From assembly GCA_000092065.1 (NCBI GenBank), contig CP000591.1: a stretch of 64,000 bases of DNA; one strand, 5' to 3'. Origin of the DNA: Ostreococcus lucimarinus. Taxonomy: Eukaryota. The notes under the pieces were generated by a model, which was not told where the DNA came from, searched no databases, and worked only from the letters and a program-made list of their open reading frames with translations. The position numbers and the translations under genes were made by a program. Shown in pieces: positions 11,002-21,338 of this stretch. Each line of letters starts with the position of its first letter. The first letter of the stretch is position 1.

Positions 11002-11184
11002 TTCTTACGCGCCGTGTCGGTGCGCACGCGAGCGCGCGTCACGGACGCGCGCCGCGATGTGATGCGATGGTGCTCCGACAGTTGACAAGACGCGCGCGCG
11101 GTGAGAGCGGTTTTTAATGGTCTCCATGTTTGATATTTCAGAGCTAACCTCCTATTCGCGCACCGAGAATTAATGTTTACGAGT

Positions 11185-12131
11185 CTAGAAAGACGGAACG
11201 CTCACGCGACCGGCGATGCGATCGAGATCCCGTTGACCGGACGGAGTGATGCGGCGACCACCCTTCGCATCCTTCTCGACGACACCGATGGATTCGAGCT
11301 GCTTGAGCACAGCGCGCGCGACGCTACCGGAACCGATTTGGTGGTGGTGACGACGAACGCCCTTGTTACCCGCACCGCAGTACGACTTGCGCAACGCACC
11401 CACACCCATGTTACCCTTCGTGTAGAGCTTGCGAGCGACCGAGGCAGCGCGAATGTAAAACCAATCCGGGTCGTACGGCGCGAGCTCCTTGTACGTCGCA
11501 GTCTTCACGGTGTCGACCCACTGCGGAACCTCCATCTGTTACGAGCGAACGAAATCATAGCCACGGTCAGTGTCAAATCACGATGGCGCTCTCGCCTCGG
11601 CCCCGACGCGCGCGCGCTCGCGAGGGTTGGCCTCTGAGCCACCGTCGGTCGATCGCGACGTCTCGGTCGCCTGCGTCGCGCGACGTCGCGCACGCGCGCC
11701 GACGAACGCGCACGCGATCGCATAAATGCGATCGCGCGCATCTCTCGTCGACGTCGCACGACGGCACGCGCGCCGTCGCCCTCACAGCGCCGGCCCCCGA
11801 CGCGCGCGGTGAAGCCCTAGCGCTCGACTCGACGCCCACGTCGCGCGCCTTCGTCGACGCCCAAACGCCCGCGCGTCGTCTCGCGCGACGACGATCGATG
11901 CGCACGAATACGTTCGCATTCGTCACCGCCGACGTCGTCGCGTTCGATCGTCCATCGCCGCGCCGTTCGCGCGCGCGCGTCGTCGCTCGATCGCGCCGCG
12001 ATGCGCGAGCGTCGTCGTGCGTTCGATTCTTCGCGTACCTTGCCGGTGGATCGGAAGTATTGCGCCAGAGCGATGACGAACTCCTGCGCGGGGACGTCCT
12101 TGACCGTTCTCGGGGCGTTCTTGGTGGCCAT
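11185..12131 (-). CDS. RPS19: 40S ribosomal protein eS19, two exons
   Basis: Exon 1 is 12039..12131 (MATKNAPRTVKDVPAQEFVIALAQYFRSTGK) with a GTACGC donor. Exon 2 is 11185..11535 (MEVPQWVDTVKTATYKELAPYDPDWFYIRAAS...GGRRITPSGQRDLDRIAG). The intron is 11536..12038 (503 nt). The joined product is about 147 aa and collinear with eS19. Confidence 0.85.
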
Positions 12132-12301
12132 CTTTCTCTCGTCCGCGGCTCGAAAAGACGGATCGCGCGCGTCGAGCATCGAACACATCACAATCGATCA
12201 TTAGGGTTTTCACGCCCCATCCCGTCGGGCCGACGCGCGCGCATCGAGACGCGCGAGCCGTCTTTATCGAGCGCGCAACGTAGCCTAGCGAGCGTCGAGC
12301 G
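12132..12301. promoter_or_regulatory. shared bidirectional promoter of head-to-head RPS19/RPL29 genes, containing a perfect telo-box (TTAGGGTTT, reverse complement of AAACCCTAA) near 12203..12213
   Basis: The two start codons are about 170 bp apart on opposite strands. The motif cattagggttttca is seen directly in the sequence. In Arabidopsis the telo-box is a known ribosomal-protein promoter element. Confidence 0.5.
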
Positions 12302-12876
12302 ATGGCGAAGTCTACCAACCACACCGCGCACAACCAATCGTACAAGAACCACCGCAACGGTACGCACGACGCGCGACAAAGGCGCGGTTGCGAGGACACG
12401 GGACGACGCGCGCGAGGGCGACTTTGGGGAGACGTCGACGACGCGTGACGGCGCGGCGAGGGCGTCGAGCGCGATCGACGGCGAACGAAACGGACGATTG
12501 AAATGCTTGACGTCGATCGATGGGGGACGAACGGGCAAACGGCGAGAAGGACGGCGCGAACGGCGAACGAATCGAACGCCGCAAGACCCAGAACCAAACC
12601 CACCAAAACCGCGGCGCGAGAGACTGACTGAGTTGATTTTGCGCGCATCAGGTATCAAGAAGCCGAAGCGCGTTGGGAAGCCGTCCACGAAGGGGGTACG
12701 TATCGCCTTGCTTCGTCGTTCGCGCATCACGGTTCGAAACGCGCTCGCATCGACCCGCCCCGCGCAACCGATCGCTGACCATTTACGTCTCTTCCGCCTC
12801 GCAGATGGATCCGAAGTTCCTCAAGAACCAAAAGTTCGCCAAGAGAGGTAGCTTGAAGGCGGCCGGCAAGAAGTAA
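12302..12876 (+). CDS. RPL29: 60S ribosomal protein eL29, three exons
   Basis: Exon 1 is about 12302..12359 (MAKSTNHTAHNQSYKNHRNG, phase 1). Exon 2 is about 12652..12695 (IKKPKRVGKPSTKG). Exon 3 is 12805..12876 (MDPKFLKNQKFAKRGSLKAAGKK*). Both introns use GTACG donors and CAG acceptors. The product is about 57 aa and a close match to plant eL29 (MAKSKNHTAHNQS...GMDPKFLRNQ). Confidence 0.75.
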
Positions 12877-13262
12877 CGGGGGCGTGTAGAGAGTCACTAG
12901 AGTCTGAAAGGTGTATAGCACGGAGGAGGACGTTGCGATGGTTGGCTAGAAGTTGTAGTGAGTGCGCAGACAACTTTAACCGCGTCGCGCGCGCCAGCCT
13001 CTCTCACCGTCCGTTCGCGTCGTCGCTCGCGCGCGCGGCGATGACCGCGCACGCGCGCGTTTATTTTCCCGCGTCCTTTCGCCGTGGTCCCGATCGCGCC
13101 GTCTGAAACGTGCGCGATCTCCAAACTCTCTAACCCTGGCGCGCGCGCGTTTGCCCGATTTGATTTTTCGTTTCTGTTGGACGGGAAAGAAGCCCAGCTG
13201 GGTGGTTTCGACGATCGATCGCGCGCCGCAGTCGCTGACGCTCGAAGTCGCGCGCGCGCGGT

Positions 13263-14339
13263 ATGGGTGACTCCGTGCCAAACTTCTTCGGTGGCCAAGG
13301 CGGCGGTGCCTCGGGCCTGAGCTTCGGCGGCGGCGCGTCGTTCGGCGCCGACGCCGGTCCGTTGTTTGAGATGAAGTGTGGGAAACTCGTTCGCGATGGG
13401 GCGAAAATGCGCGCAGATCCGCGTCGAGGGACGCTGAAAATCGTGAAGAGCGAGGTCGATGACACGTTGAAACAGATTCAGTGGGGAGTACGAGATCCAT
13501 CGACCGCGTTCGAGGCTGAGGATGATTTCATCATCTTGCCAGACGAGGCGGTGCTGAAGACGATGAAGCGCGACGGATGTTTCATGTTGGCGTTCATCGA
13601 GGAACGCGATCGAGACATGTACTTTTGGTCGCAAGAGAGCGATGGAAAAGACGCCATGGAGGCGAAATTGCTGAAGTTTAATCGCGCGGTGAACACGAAC
13701 GTCGGCGAAGCGCTCGAAGAGAATATCGCCGCCTCGGAAGCGCAAACGGCGATGGAGACTGGCGATGCCCCGAATGCGGTACCCTCGGAAACTCCTGCGG
13801 CAACGACGTTGATGCCACCGCCGGCGAACGTGATTCCTTCGCCCGTGGATCCGACGCCCGCGCCGACGTCGTTTCCCGCGCAAACGCCGGCGGCGCCCGC
13901 CAAGGTGAGCGAAGGTATGCGAACGCCCGCGAGCGCGGGGAACTTCACTCCGATTGTGAGCAGCGATGCTTTGAAGGGTGTGTTCGCTAGTCTCGGTGGG
14001 GCGACGCCGCAGACGCCTCCCGTTGGTTTGCCTGAGATTTTGACACCAGAACTTGTCGGGCCTTTGCTTCGAGACGAACAAATTCGAGGACGCTTGTTGG
14101 AGTATCTGCCGGAAGAACATCGCGAGACGCAAGACTTGGAGGAGCTCATTCGCACTCCACAATTTCGCAGTCAGTTAGAAACGTTTAGTCAGGCACTGCA
14201 GAGTGGAGAGATGGACATGGCGCAGTTTGGGTTGAAACAAAATGGCGTGGCGAACCTGGAGACCTTTTTAAAGGCGATTCAAGCCGAGGTTGATGAATCT
14301 AGCGGTAAGAACGAAGAAGAGGACGCGATGGAGAGTTGA
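13263..14339 (+). CDS. RPN13: proteasomal ubiquitin receptor Rpn13/ADRM1 (N-terminal Pru domain plus C-terminal DEUBAD domain)
   Basis: The Pru-domain signature is present (LFEMKCGKL...TLKIVKSEVDD...DDFIILPDEAV...GCFMLAFIEERDRDMYFWSQE). The C-terminus (LPEILTPELVGPLLRDEQIRGRLLEYLP...TPQFRSQLETFSQALQSGEM) matches the DEUBAD region. A low-complexity Gly/Pro/Ala linker separates them. Confidence 0.8.
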   Translation: MGDSVPNFFGGQGGGASGLSFGGGASFGADAGPLFEMKCGKLVRDGAKMRADPRRGTLKIVKSEVDDTLKQIQWGVRDPSTAFEAEDDFIILPDEAVLKTMKRDGCFMLAFIEERDRDMYFWSQESDGKDAMEAKLLKFNRAVNTNVGEALEENIAASEAQTAMETGDAPNAVPSETPAATTLMPPPANVIPSPVDPTPAPTSFPAQTPAAPAKVSEGMRTPASAGNFTPIVSSDALKGVFASLGGATPQTPPVGLPEILTPELVGPLLRDEQIRGRLLEYLPEEHRETQDLEELIRTPQFRSQLETFSQALQSGEMDMAQFGLKQNGVANLETFLKAIQAEVDESSGKNEEEDAMES

Positions 14340-14760
14340 GTAGTTGAGGCGATTAGATTTAATCATGAGCTCACAAATTCGAATCAAAAAGTCAACGCGC
14401 TCGATTCAAGCCGTTCCGACAAACGGCGTCGAGAGTTTTGAGCGCGCGCCGTGCCTTCAATCATCCCTCGGCGCGGCGATGCGCTCCGAGACGAGTCCAC
14501 AAAGAATTTTGTTCGGCATACCGACGCATCCGCGCGAATTCATCCTCCATCACGTCACCGTACGACCTTCTCGCCGTCAACGCCTCTTCGCATCGCCGCA
14601 ACGCCCCGCCGAGCGCTCGCGCGAACGTCTCGTCGTCCAACACCTCCCCATCGCCGTCGCTTTCATCCGCACACGCCACGCCAGCGTTCACGAGCCCTCC
14701 TCGTTCGCTCTGCACCCCTCTTTCGACGGTCTCGTTCTCCACCTGCGCCCCTCTCGCGCG

Positions 14761-15190
14761 CGTCGTCTTCGTCGTCTTCGTCGTCTTCGTCGTCTTCGTC
14801 GTCTTCGTCCCGTCCACCGTCGTCGTCTCCGCTCTCACCGAGACGCCGTCGGCGTCGGCGTCGCGCATTTCGCGCCCCGATCGCGCGCGCCCCGTTCGCC
14901 CCGAACGCGCGCGTCGCCCTCCCGCGTCGCCCTCGCGCGCGTCGCCGCGCGTCCCGACGATTCGCGTCGCCCGCGTTGACTCGACGGTCCGTCCGAATGT
15001 CCGAATGTCCGAATGTCCGAATGTCCGAATGTCCGAATGTCCGAATGTCCCAGGGTTGTCTTCTGTTGCCCGGCGCCGCGGCGACGGCGAAGCGCGACGC
15101 GCGATGCTGCGTCGACCGCGGCGGAAGGCGCGCGCGCGAGCGACGCGTCGCGACGAAGACGACGATCTCGATCTCGATCTCGATCTCGAC
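14761..15190. repeat. three perfect minisatellites in the 5' region of the carrier gene
   Basis: Read directly from the sequence: (GTCGTCTTC)x5 at 14761..14805, (CCGAATGT)x7 at about 14993..15050, and (GATCTC)x4 at about 15166..15189. Confidence 0.85.
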
Positions 15191-15381
15191 CGAGGCGCGG
15201 TGCGCGTGCGACCGGCGCCGCGCGCGAGCGAAGACGACGAAGAATCCGCGCGCGCGCGACGGGCGTGGACGTTACGCGGCGACGAGGGGGGCGCGACGCG
15301 CGATGGACGGCGAACAGCGACGGGAGGACGCGAACGCGCGAACGATGGGACGCGGACGCGACATCGCGGATTCTTAGCCAA

Positions 15382-17090
15382 GATGGAATCGACGAAGATG
15401 GACGCCGAGGCGCTGCGAGAGAAGCTCGTCGCGGTGCGAGAGAAGACGCAGGAAGCGATGAAGAAGATCGAGGTGCCCAAGGTGGAAGATTTGAGAATGC
15501 TCATAGAAGACATACGACAAGAGCAAACGGAAGCGAAATATCATCCAGATCGGCGAAGACTGGAGAGCGTGGCGGATTTTTTTGCGTACACGGAGGAAGA
15601 AGGTGATTCTCGCAATCGAATCGAATCGCAACGCGCGCGCGGCGACGCGACTTTGACGCTCCCGATGACTGACTGGTGACGACGCACGAACGTTCGAATG
15701 AGCAGGAAGAAAGTTTTTCGACGAAGTGGATCGATCGAAAAAGGGCAAGCTGACGTTGGATGATTTAAAGTTTGCGATGAAGAAGAGGAATTTGCCGCAG
15801 TCGTACGCAAAGTCATTCATGGAAAAGGCAAAGGGGCCCAAGATTTTCGCGCGAACGATCACGTGGGGCGATTTTCAAAGCGTGATGAACGAGCGAGAGT
15901 CGACTATGTTGCGTACGTTTAACTCGATGTCCGCCTCGCGGAACGGGCTGTTAAAGACGTCCGACGTAAAGCAAGTGCTCGAAGGTTTAGGTTTGGCCGC
16001 CACGGACGAAAACGCACGAGCAATGGTGCGGCATTTGCGAGGAAGTTCGGAGTATTCACGACAGGGCTACGTGACGTACGGTCAGTTTCGTAACTTTTTG
16101 ATGCTCATGCCCCACGAAGTTGCGCGCGAAACTGATCCGTCGAGATTATGGTTCGAGGCGGCGACGATTGTACAGTTCAGCGCTCCGCCAAGAACTGGTA
16201 GCATAGCTATGGCGGCTCGCGCGGCGTTCGCGGGTGGCCTAGCTTCAGCGACGACGACGAGTATGATGCATCCCTTAGATACGCTGAAGACTCGCTTACA
16301 AGCCGCAGTCGGGAAAGGGCCATCGCTCTTGGATTTGATCAAGAGTGTGCCAAAACTCGGTCCTCGGAAAATGTATCAAGGTATCATTCCATCGGTGACT
16401 GGAAACTTTGCCGGGCATGGCTTACGAACGGCTACGTACGAAGTCGTTTGCTTGGCTCTCGCACCGGCAGTCGCGCTTCCGATGATAACAGAGACTACGA
16501 TTCAAGGCGTGGGATCAGGTTTGGGAACGCTATTCGGAACATGCGTGCGGATCCCTTGTGAGGTTTTGAAGCAACGTTTACAAACGGATCAGTACCCCAA
16601 TGTCTTATCCGCATTTAAGGGTATCACATCGACGAATCCGCGTGCGCTGTACGCAGGAACAGCCGCTACGCTGACTCGGGAAATTCCATTTTACGTAACT
16701 GGTCTTATGATTTACGAAAACTTGAAAAAAGGCGCAGTCGCGCTCAAGGGGGGACGCGAACTCGAAAACTATCAGGTAATCATGGTGGGCGCGTGTGCTG
16801 GTGCGCTCGGATCCGTCATGGTGAATCCATTCGACGTTATGAAGACGCGCACGATGACGGGGTCGGTGCCACTCGGACAGTCACTTTGGGTGTCGATGGC
16901 ACACATCGTCAAAACTGAAGGACCACTCGCGCTGATGAAGGGTGCCATACCTCGCATGGCCTGGATCGCACCTCTCGGTGCGATGAACTTTGCGGGCTAC
17001 GAACTTGCAAAGAAGGCGATGAACGCGCCGGAGGGAGAAAAGAAGGCAGAAAAAGAAGAGTCGATGCGCACTGCGCCTCCGGAGGAGTAG
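15382..17090 (+). CDS. Ca2+-binding mitochondrial carrier (two EF-hands plus tripartite mitochondrial carrier domain; SCaMC/APC-like), two exons
   Basis: Exon 2 is about 15706..17090. It has EF-hand loops (DEVDRSKKGKLTLDDL and NSMSASRNGLLKTSDV) followed by three mitochondrial-carrier repeats (PLDTLKTRLQ, PCEVLKQRLQ, PFDVMKTRTM). The first EF-hand helix begins upstream of any in-frame Met and is preceded by an in-frame stop. This implies a 5' exon, proposed at about 15382..15602 (MESTKMDAEALREKLVAVREKTQEAMKK...FFAYTEEE, phase 1). The intron is about 15603..15705 (103 nt, GTGATT...CAG). The exon-2 domain call has confidence 0.85 and the exon-1 join about 0.55. Confidence 0.7.
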
Positions 17091-17170
17091 CGATGATGAA
17101 GCATATTTATAGACCGTCGAGCGACTTTTAGACTAAACACTACGATTTTAATGTGGTTACCTAAGCTAAA

Positions 17171-18433
17171 CTAAAGTTCAATCTCATCCGGATCTGCGAC
17201 TTTCGGCGGCGGCGGCGCACGTCTGGGCGGCGCGTTTCCGAACGGTCCAGGCCGAGGGACGGCGTAATACTTCACGTCGTCGTTGTTCCCAGCCCCACTA
17301 GGAGTAGTGATTTTCAGATCAAGCTCGAGTAAATCCATTAAAGCTTTCGTCTGAGGGTTGACGTCGACATCAGCAGGTGCACGCCCTTTACGACGGGTTT
17401 CTGAGGAAGGATCATATGCCGGCCGCGTGGCGACAAACTCGGGCGGAACCGTCGCCGATGATCCAGCCGCTTGCAAACGCTCGCTCACCCATTTCTTGTG
17501 TGGCTCTAAGTCAATTGCCTCGGGAGTTCCGTAGGCTGGCAGCTGTGCCGGTCGATGCGTCACGGAATGGTACTCATGATTGGCCTTTAAAATAGCGAGC
17601 CATTCCTCGTCGAGAGCAAAACCGCCTTCGGCGCTCTTCTCTGGCAAATCAATCACTTGTAAAAAGTCTCTGTGAGGCAAGCATTTATCTAAGGCCAAGA
17701 ATTTTGTCGTTTTTTCGTCTTCGTGTTTGACTAGTGCCGCATACTTGACATGTAAATGCGCGGAGAACCAGTACTTTGGCTTCAACCTTTTCAAAAGTTC
17801 CTCCGCCGGCGGCGAGCCAAGGGTGTTGCTTTCGATCTCGTCCTTCAAAAACTTCTTCTTACGAAACAACTCGTGCTTGTTCCCAAACTGCGCGATCCCA
17901 CGCGGCCAATCGTGGCTAAGGAAGACGTCTATCTCACTCTTTACTTGCTTCAGCTTGAAGACATCAAACTCTCGAACGTGATACGCCGTCTTCACTGCGT
18001 GTCCAGAATACGGCGGTCGCTCGTGATGCCCTTTCTTGTAATCGTGCGTCTTAAAGATCCCAGATAACCCACCGATACGTAAATCACCAAAGTTTACAAC
18101 CCCTGAGTGCCCGACGTAGTAGATATTTGGTGCCACGTAGCCGCCGTAATACAGCTCCCACAAGTAATTGGACGCTTCGTGATTGCCTCCGATGAAAAGT
18201 GTCGGTATAGGCGCCGTCTTCTCACCGCTGTAGTACTTATAAAACGTCCCGAGCTCCTTGTACTTGTCCGGCACGGACATGCATTCCAAATCGTCCAAGT
18301 TTCGCACGGCTTGGAAATCGCCGCAACAAATCAGCAAATCAATTTTCACCTTCTCCACCACCTCCAAGTGCGCGATCGCGGCGTATATCGCATCGAGCTC
18401 GCCGTGACAGCACCCTTCGATCGCGATCTTCAT
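17171..18433 (-). CDS. DBR1: lariat debranching enzyme (metallophosphoesterase)
   Basis: The protein is collinear with DBR1 (MKIAIEGCCHGELD, GDFQAVRN, GGNHEASNYLWELYYGGYVAPNIYYVGHSGVVNFGDLRIGGLSGI, SHDWPRGI). The track ORF extends to 18544, but the homologous start is the ATG at 18433. Confidence 0.85.
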   Translation of the reverse strand: MKIAIEGCCHGELDAIYAAIAHLEVVEKVKIDLLICCGDFQAVRNLDDLECMSVPDKYKELGTFYKYYSGEKTAPIPTLFIGGNHEASNYLWELYYGGYVAPNIYYVGHSGVVNFGDLRIGGLSGIFKTHDYKKGHHERPPYSGHAVKTAYHVREFDVFKLKQVKSEIDVFLSHDWPRGIAQFGNKHELFRKKKFLKDEIESNTLGSPPAEELLKRLKPKYWFSAHLHVKYAALVKHEDEKTTKFLALDKCLPHRDFLQVIDLPEKSAEGGFALDEEWLAILKANHEYHSVTHRPAQLPAYGTPEAIDLEPHKKWVSERLQAAGSSATVPPEFVATRPAYDPSSETRRKGRAPADVDVNPQTKALMDLLELDLKITTPSGAGNNDDVKYYAVPRPGPFGNAPPRRAPPPPKVADPDEIEL

Positions 18434-18614
18434 CGCGACGTAGTGACACCGACCGATCGAGCGTTTCGACGCCGCAACACGCGCACGAGTGTGCGGGTCG
18501 TCCCCGGGTTTGCTTGGGACAAACGTGGGACAAGTAGTTTGCAACGGTCGCAGGAAGATGATTTAAATCGCGCATGTGCGTATTCTATCGCAATCACTAT
18601 TTTCTAACGTGTGT

Positions 18615-21338
18615 CTAGTTTGACTTGTTCATGATCAATCGATGGCAATGACATAAGAACTCGACGTAGCTCATGCCCGCCGGACTGCGGTCCTCGCTAA
18701 GTCGGTTGTAAAACAATGCCTCGAGCGTGTCCCCGCGTTTGAGGATGCGAGCCCGCATGAAAGCGCCGCGTTGCTTACGAATGGCGTTAATAAAACTATT
18801 CAACGCCTTCGAAGCCGGAGTGTCGAGATTCGGAATCGTCGCTCGCGTAGAGACGATGTCGTCGACGTTTTCGGTGCCAAATAAATCTCGCAACGTCTCG
18901 ACAGGAAGCTGTCGACCGATCCAGATTAAGATTTCTTGGCCATCTTCCAACAAGTACGCGCCATCTTGGTTGAGTTTCTCTGAACTTAGCCACATGCACG
19001 GAGGAATGGGCGGGAACGAAGAATCTTGAGGCAAGTCGTGGATGGAGAAGAGCCGCGGGTACACGGCGGGCGTCGCTAGCTCGGGCGGCGCGTGCAAAGC
19101 TCGGTAGAGCCATGCCGCTCGATCGTCCGGCGACGCGTCCGAGCGTAAGCCGTATGATTTGTGCAAACCCAAAGTGTAAAGCGGAAGCGTCTTCAAACCT
19201 TCGGGTAAGATGAGTTGGCCGCTGCTGTTGTTGCTTGCGCAGAATCGACGATATGCAAACAACGTCGCGATGCACTGTTGCAAAGATGCGTCTTTCGCCG
19301 AGGCGAGCGTGCCGTTCCCCGAAAGTAAGGCGTTCGCCGCTTTACGAACAGCCCAGTCGCTCTGTGCATCCAGATCTGCCGACCGAAACAGCGCACCGAG
19401 AACAGATGTAATCGGAAGAGCGATTGTGTGCACTCGAATTCGACGTTCCATCGACGTCGTTGAGTACAAGAGCGCGCACTGCACGTACGCCTCTCTACCG
19501 TCCACCAACTTATCTTCGTATCTCAGCGTCACCGCAATTGTCTTGTCGCTATCGATAGCCGGTAAATCTATGTCCGTCATCGTTCGTTTGCAGAAGAATC
19601 CATTATAATCTTGAACGCCCAGACCCGAACTCGCTCGAACGCGCATCACGGCTTCGAGTCCTTGCGGGCGGATGAAGTTCCACCTCAAGTCGTTGTGCAG
19701 TTGGGCGAAGTCTTGCTGGACGTTGAACCCTGGGTATCTGTATAACGAACCTCCGGTCAAGCGCGGTAGCACTCCGAGCGTGGCGACATCCACCGCCGAG
19801 GACACGCAGAGGAAGAGATCGATGCAAACTTGATGCTCCGCGGCGTACGTAGCCATGGTGTGATACGCCTTGTCAGCCGGCGCCATACACTTCAATGGCT
19901 CCTTTTCGATGTTCCCAGTGCGCTGCCCGGCAGTGCCCGTGCGAGCTTCGAGCTTGCCAAGGCCGACGTTCGGGATTGTCGCCATGAAAGCCATCACCTT
20001 GCCGCCCGTCGGTTTCAAACACTCAATTCCCGCCTTGATGGCCGCCGTCGACGCATTCGGACCAGGTGCGGTCGACGAGAACGTCTCCGGAATCATCTTT
20101 AGTAGACTTTCAATCGCTTCTCTATTTTTGGCCAAGGAGACGACGAGACCACTCTTCAGCGGCGCGTACGAGTCTTCCACGTCGGGAACGATGAGCATCG
20201 ACGGTTTCTCGGCTCCATCCTTGAGGTGATAGAAGTGAATCGCTGAGTCAACGGTGGCGATCCCCACCTGAGCATCTTTGGGAACGCTATCTAACGTTCG
20301 CATGATGACTTCGCACGCGCTCGTGGTGACACCGCTGTGAATGGCTTGGGACGTGACCTCGATTAAGAATAGATACGTCGGCGCCATGGGCGGTCGCACC
20401 ATGTACTCTTGCGGCGCCACGTACTCAACCGTCCCTCTACACAGCTCTTGTCGCTCCGTCCAATCCGTGCGCTTACCGTTCGCTCCTAAGTTACACATGT
20501 ACTCGTGCGGAACTTCGGTGACGAAATAGCAAAAGTTGCATTCAAATCTCAAGTGGTCCAGGAAGCGCATGTACGGGTTCATGTACGCCTTGCACCGACC
20601 GCATCGAATCGGACCCGTCTTGCCGTTATCTATCAAATGAATCGGCGCTTCCTCGGGATGCGGTAGCGCTAAAGGACGAGTCATGATGCTCAGCGGCATT
20701 CCGCTCGTCGTCAGCAAGTCTCCCGTGTTCGGTAAGCTGCTCAGCGTCGATCGCATGTATCTCGGGTTGGCGCTCCCCAAGTCGCATCCGACGTACTCCA
20801 ACGTCGCCGAAGGCGGATGCGTGGCCTGATCCATCTCGCTTCTCGTGTTATACGTCACCCTTTCCTCGTGACTCGCGTACTGCGGTCGCGGAATCTGCGA
20901 CGGATCTATCCTCGACGTCGCCCCCGTCGCGCTCGCCGCGCCCGGCATCGGCCTGTGCGGATGCGACGCCGGTACCGGCGCCGCGGGTGGCATCACTCCC
21001 ATCCCCACCGCGCCTCCTCCCGCGGGCATCATCATCGTCGGCGCCGGCGGCGCCGTCGTCGTCGCCGTCGTCGTCGCCGCCGCGCCGTCGCCGCGCCACC
21101 CGTACCCCCCGTGCTCCGTCCGATCCGTCGGAATCTGCATCTGCGGGTACGTCCGTCGCTGCGGCGCCGCGCTTCGCGCGTCTCCCGGTCCCATCGTCCC
21201 GTTCGTCTGCGCGCAGATTTCGGTCAGACTTCTATTCAGATTTCCGACGCGTCCCGACGCGCGTCTCCGTCTCGAATCGTTCGACCGCGATCGCGCGACG
21301 CGCGCCCTTCGTTCGCCGCCGTCGCGCGCGTCGCGCAC
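18615..21338 (-). CDS. SEC24: COPII coat protein Sec24 (zinc finger, trunk, beta-sandwich, helical and gelsolin-like domains)
   Basis: The N-terminus is Pro/Gly/Ala-rich and low-complexity. A Sec23/24 zinc finger is present (CGRCKAYMNPYMRF...CNFCYFV), followed by a long collinear Sec24 core. The true start may be an internal Met near 21194. Confidence 0.85.
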   Translation of the reverse strand: MRDARDGGERRARVARSRSNDSRRRRASGRVGNLNRSLTEICAQTNGTMGPGDARSAAPQRRTYPQMQIPTDRTEHGGYGWRGDGAAATTTATTTAPPAPTMMMPAGGGAVGMGVMPPAAPVPASHPHRPMPGAASATGATSRIDPSQIPRPQYASHEERVTYNTRSEMDQATHPPSATLEYVGCDLGSANPRYMRSTLSSLPNTGDLLTTSGMPLSIMTRPLALPHPEEAPIHLIDNGKTGPIRCGRCKAYMNPYMRFLDHLRFECNFCYFVTEVPHEYMCNLGANGKRTDWTERQELCRGTVEYVAPQEYMVRPPMAPTYLFLIEVTSQAIHSGVTTSACEVIMRTLDSVPKDAQVGIATVDSAIHFYHLKDGAEKPSMLIVPDVEDSYAPLKSGLVVSLAKNREAIESLLKMIPETFSSTAPGPNASTAAIKAGIECLKPTGGKVMAFMATIPNVGLGKLEARTGTAGQRTGNIEKEPLKCMAPADKAYHTMATYAAEHQVCIDLFLCVSSAVDVATLGVLPRLTGGSLYRYPGFNVQQDFAQLHNDLRWNFIRPQGLEAVMRVRASSGLGVQDYNGFFCKRTMTDIDLPAIDSDKTIAVTLRYEDKLVDGREAYVQCALLYSTTSMERRIRVHTIALPITSVLGALFRSADLDAQSDWAVRKAANALLSGNGTLASAKDASLQQCIATLFAYRRFCASNNSSGQLILPEGLKTLPLYTLGLHKSYGLRSDASPDDRAAWLYRALHAPPELATPAVYPRLFSIHDLPQDSSFPPIPPCMWLSSEKLNQDGAYLLEDGQEILIWIGRQLPVETLRDLFGTENVDDIVSTRATIPNLDTPASKALNSFINAIRKQRGAFMRARILKRGDTLEALFYNRLSEDRSPAGMSYVEFLCHCHRLIMNKSN

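Noticed and set aside
12360-12651. C/D-box snoRNA in RPL29 intron 1
   Set aside because: Tandem CTGA motifs are present near the 3' end, but there is no canonical UGAUGA C box and no terminal stem. The evidence is insufficient by eye.
12897-14162. 421-aa minus-strand ORF antisense to the Rpn13 gene
   Set aside because: It is Arg-rich and overlaps a well-supported Pru/DEUBAD gene on the plus strand. This is a typical GC-rich antisense ORF artefact.
14761-15190. Tandem repeats as a CRISPR-like array
   Set aside because: The units are 6-9 bp perfect microsatellite or minisatellite repeats without spacers, in a eukaryotic context.
14438-15381. Upstream part of the 413-aa ORF 14438..15679
   Set aside because: It is driven by minisatellites (VVF, PNVRMSEC and DL repeats) and low-complexity sequence. 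Only its last roughly 70 codons look coding, and those are used as exon 1 of the carrier gene.
850-17170. TGTAA as a universal polyadenylation signal downstream of genes
   Set aside because: It is present after some stops (for example about 905 and about 28960) but absent in most 3' flanks checked. The pattern is not consistent enough to annotate.
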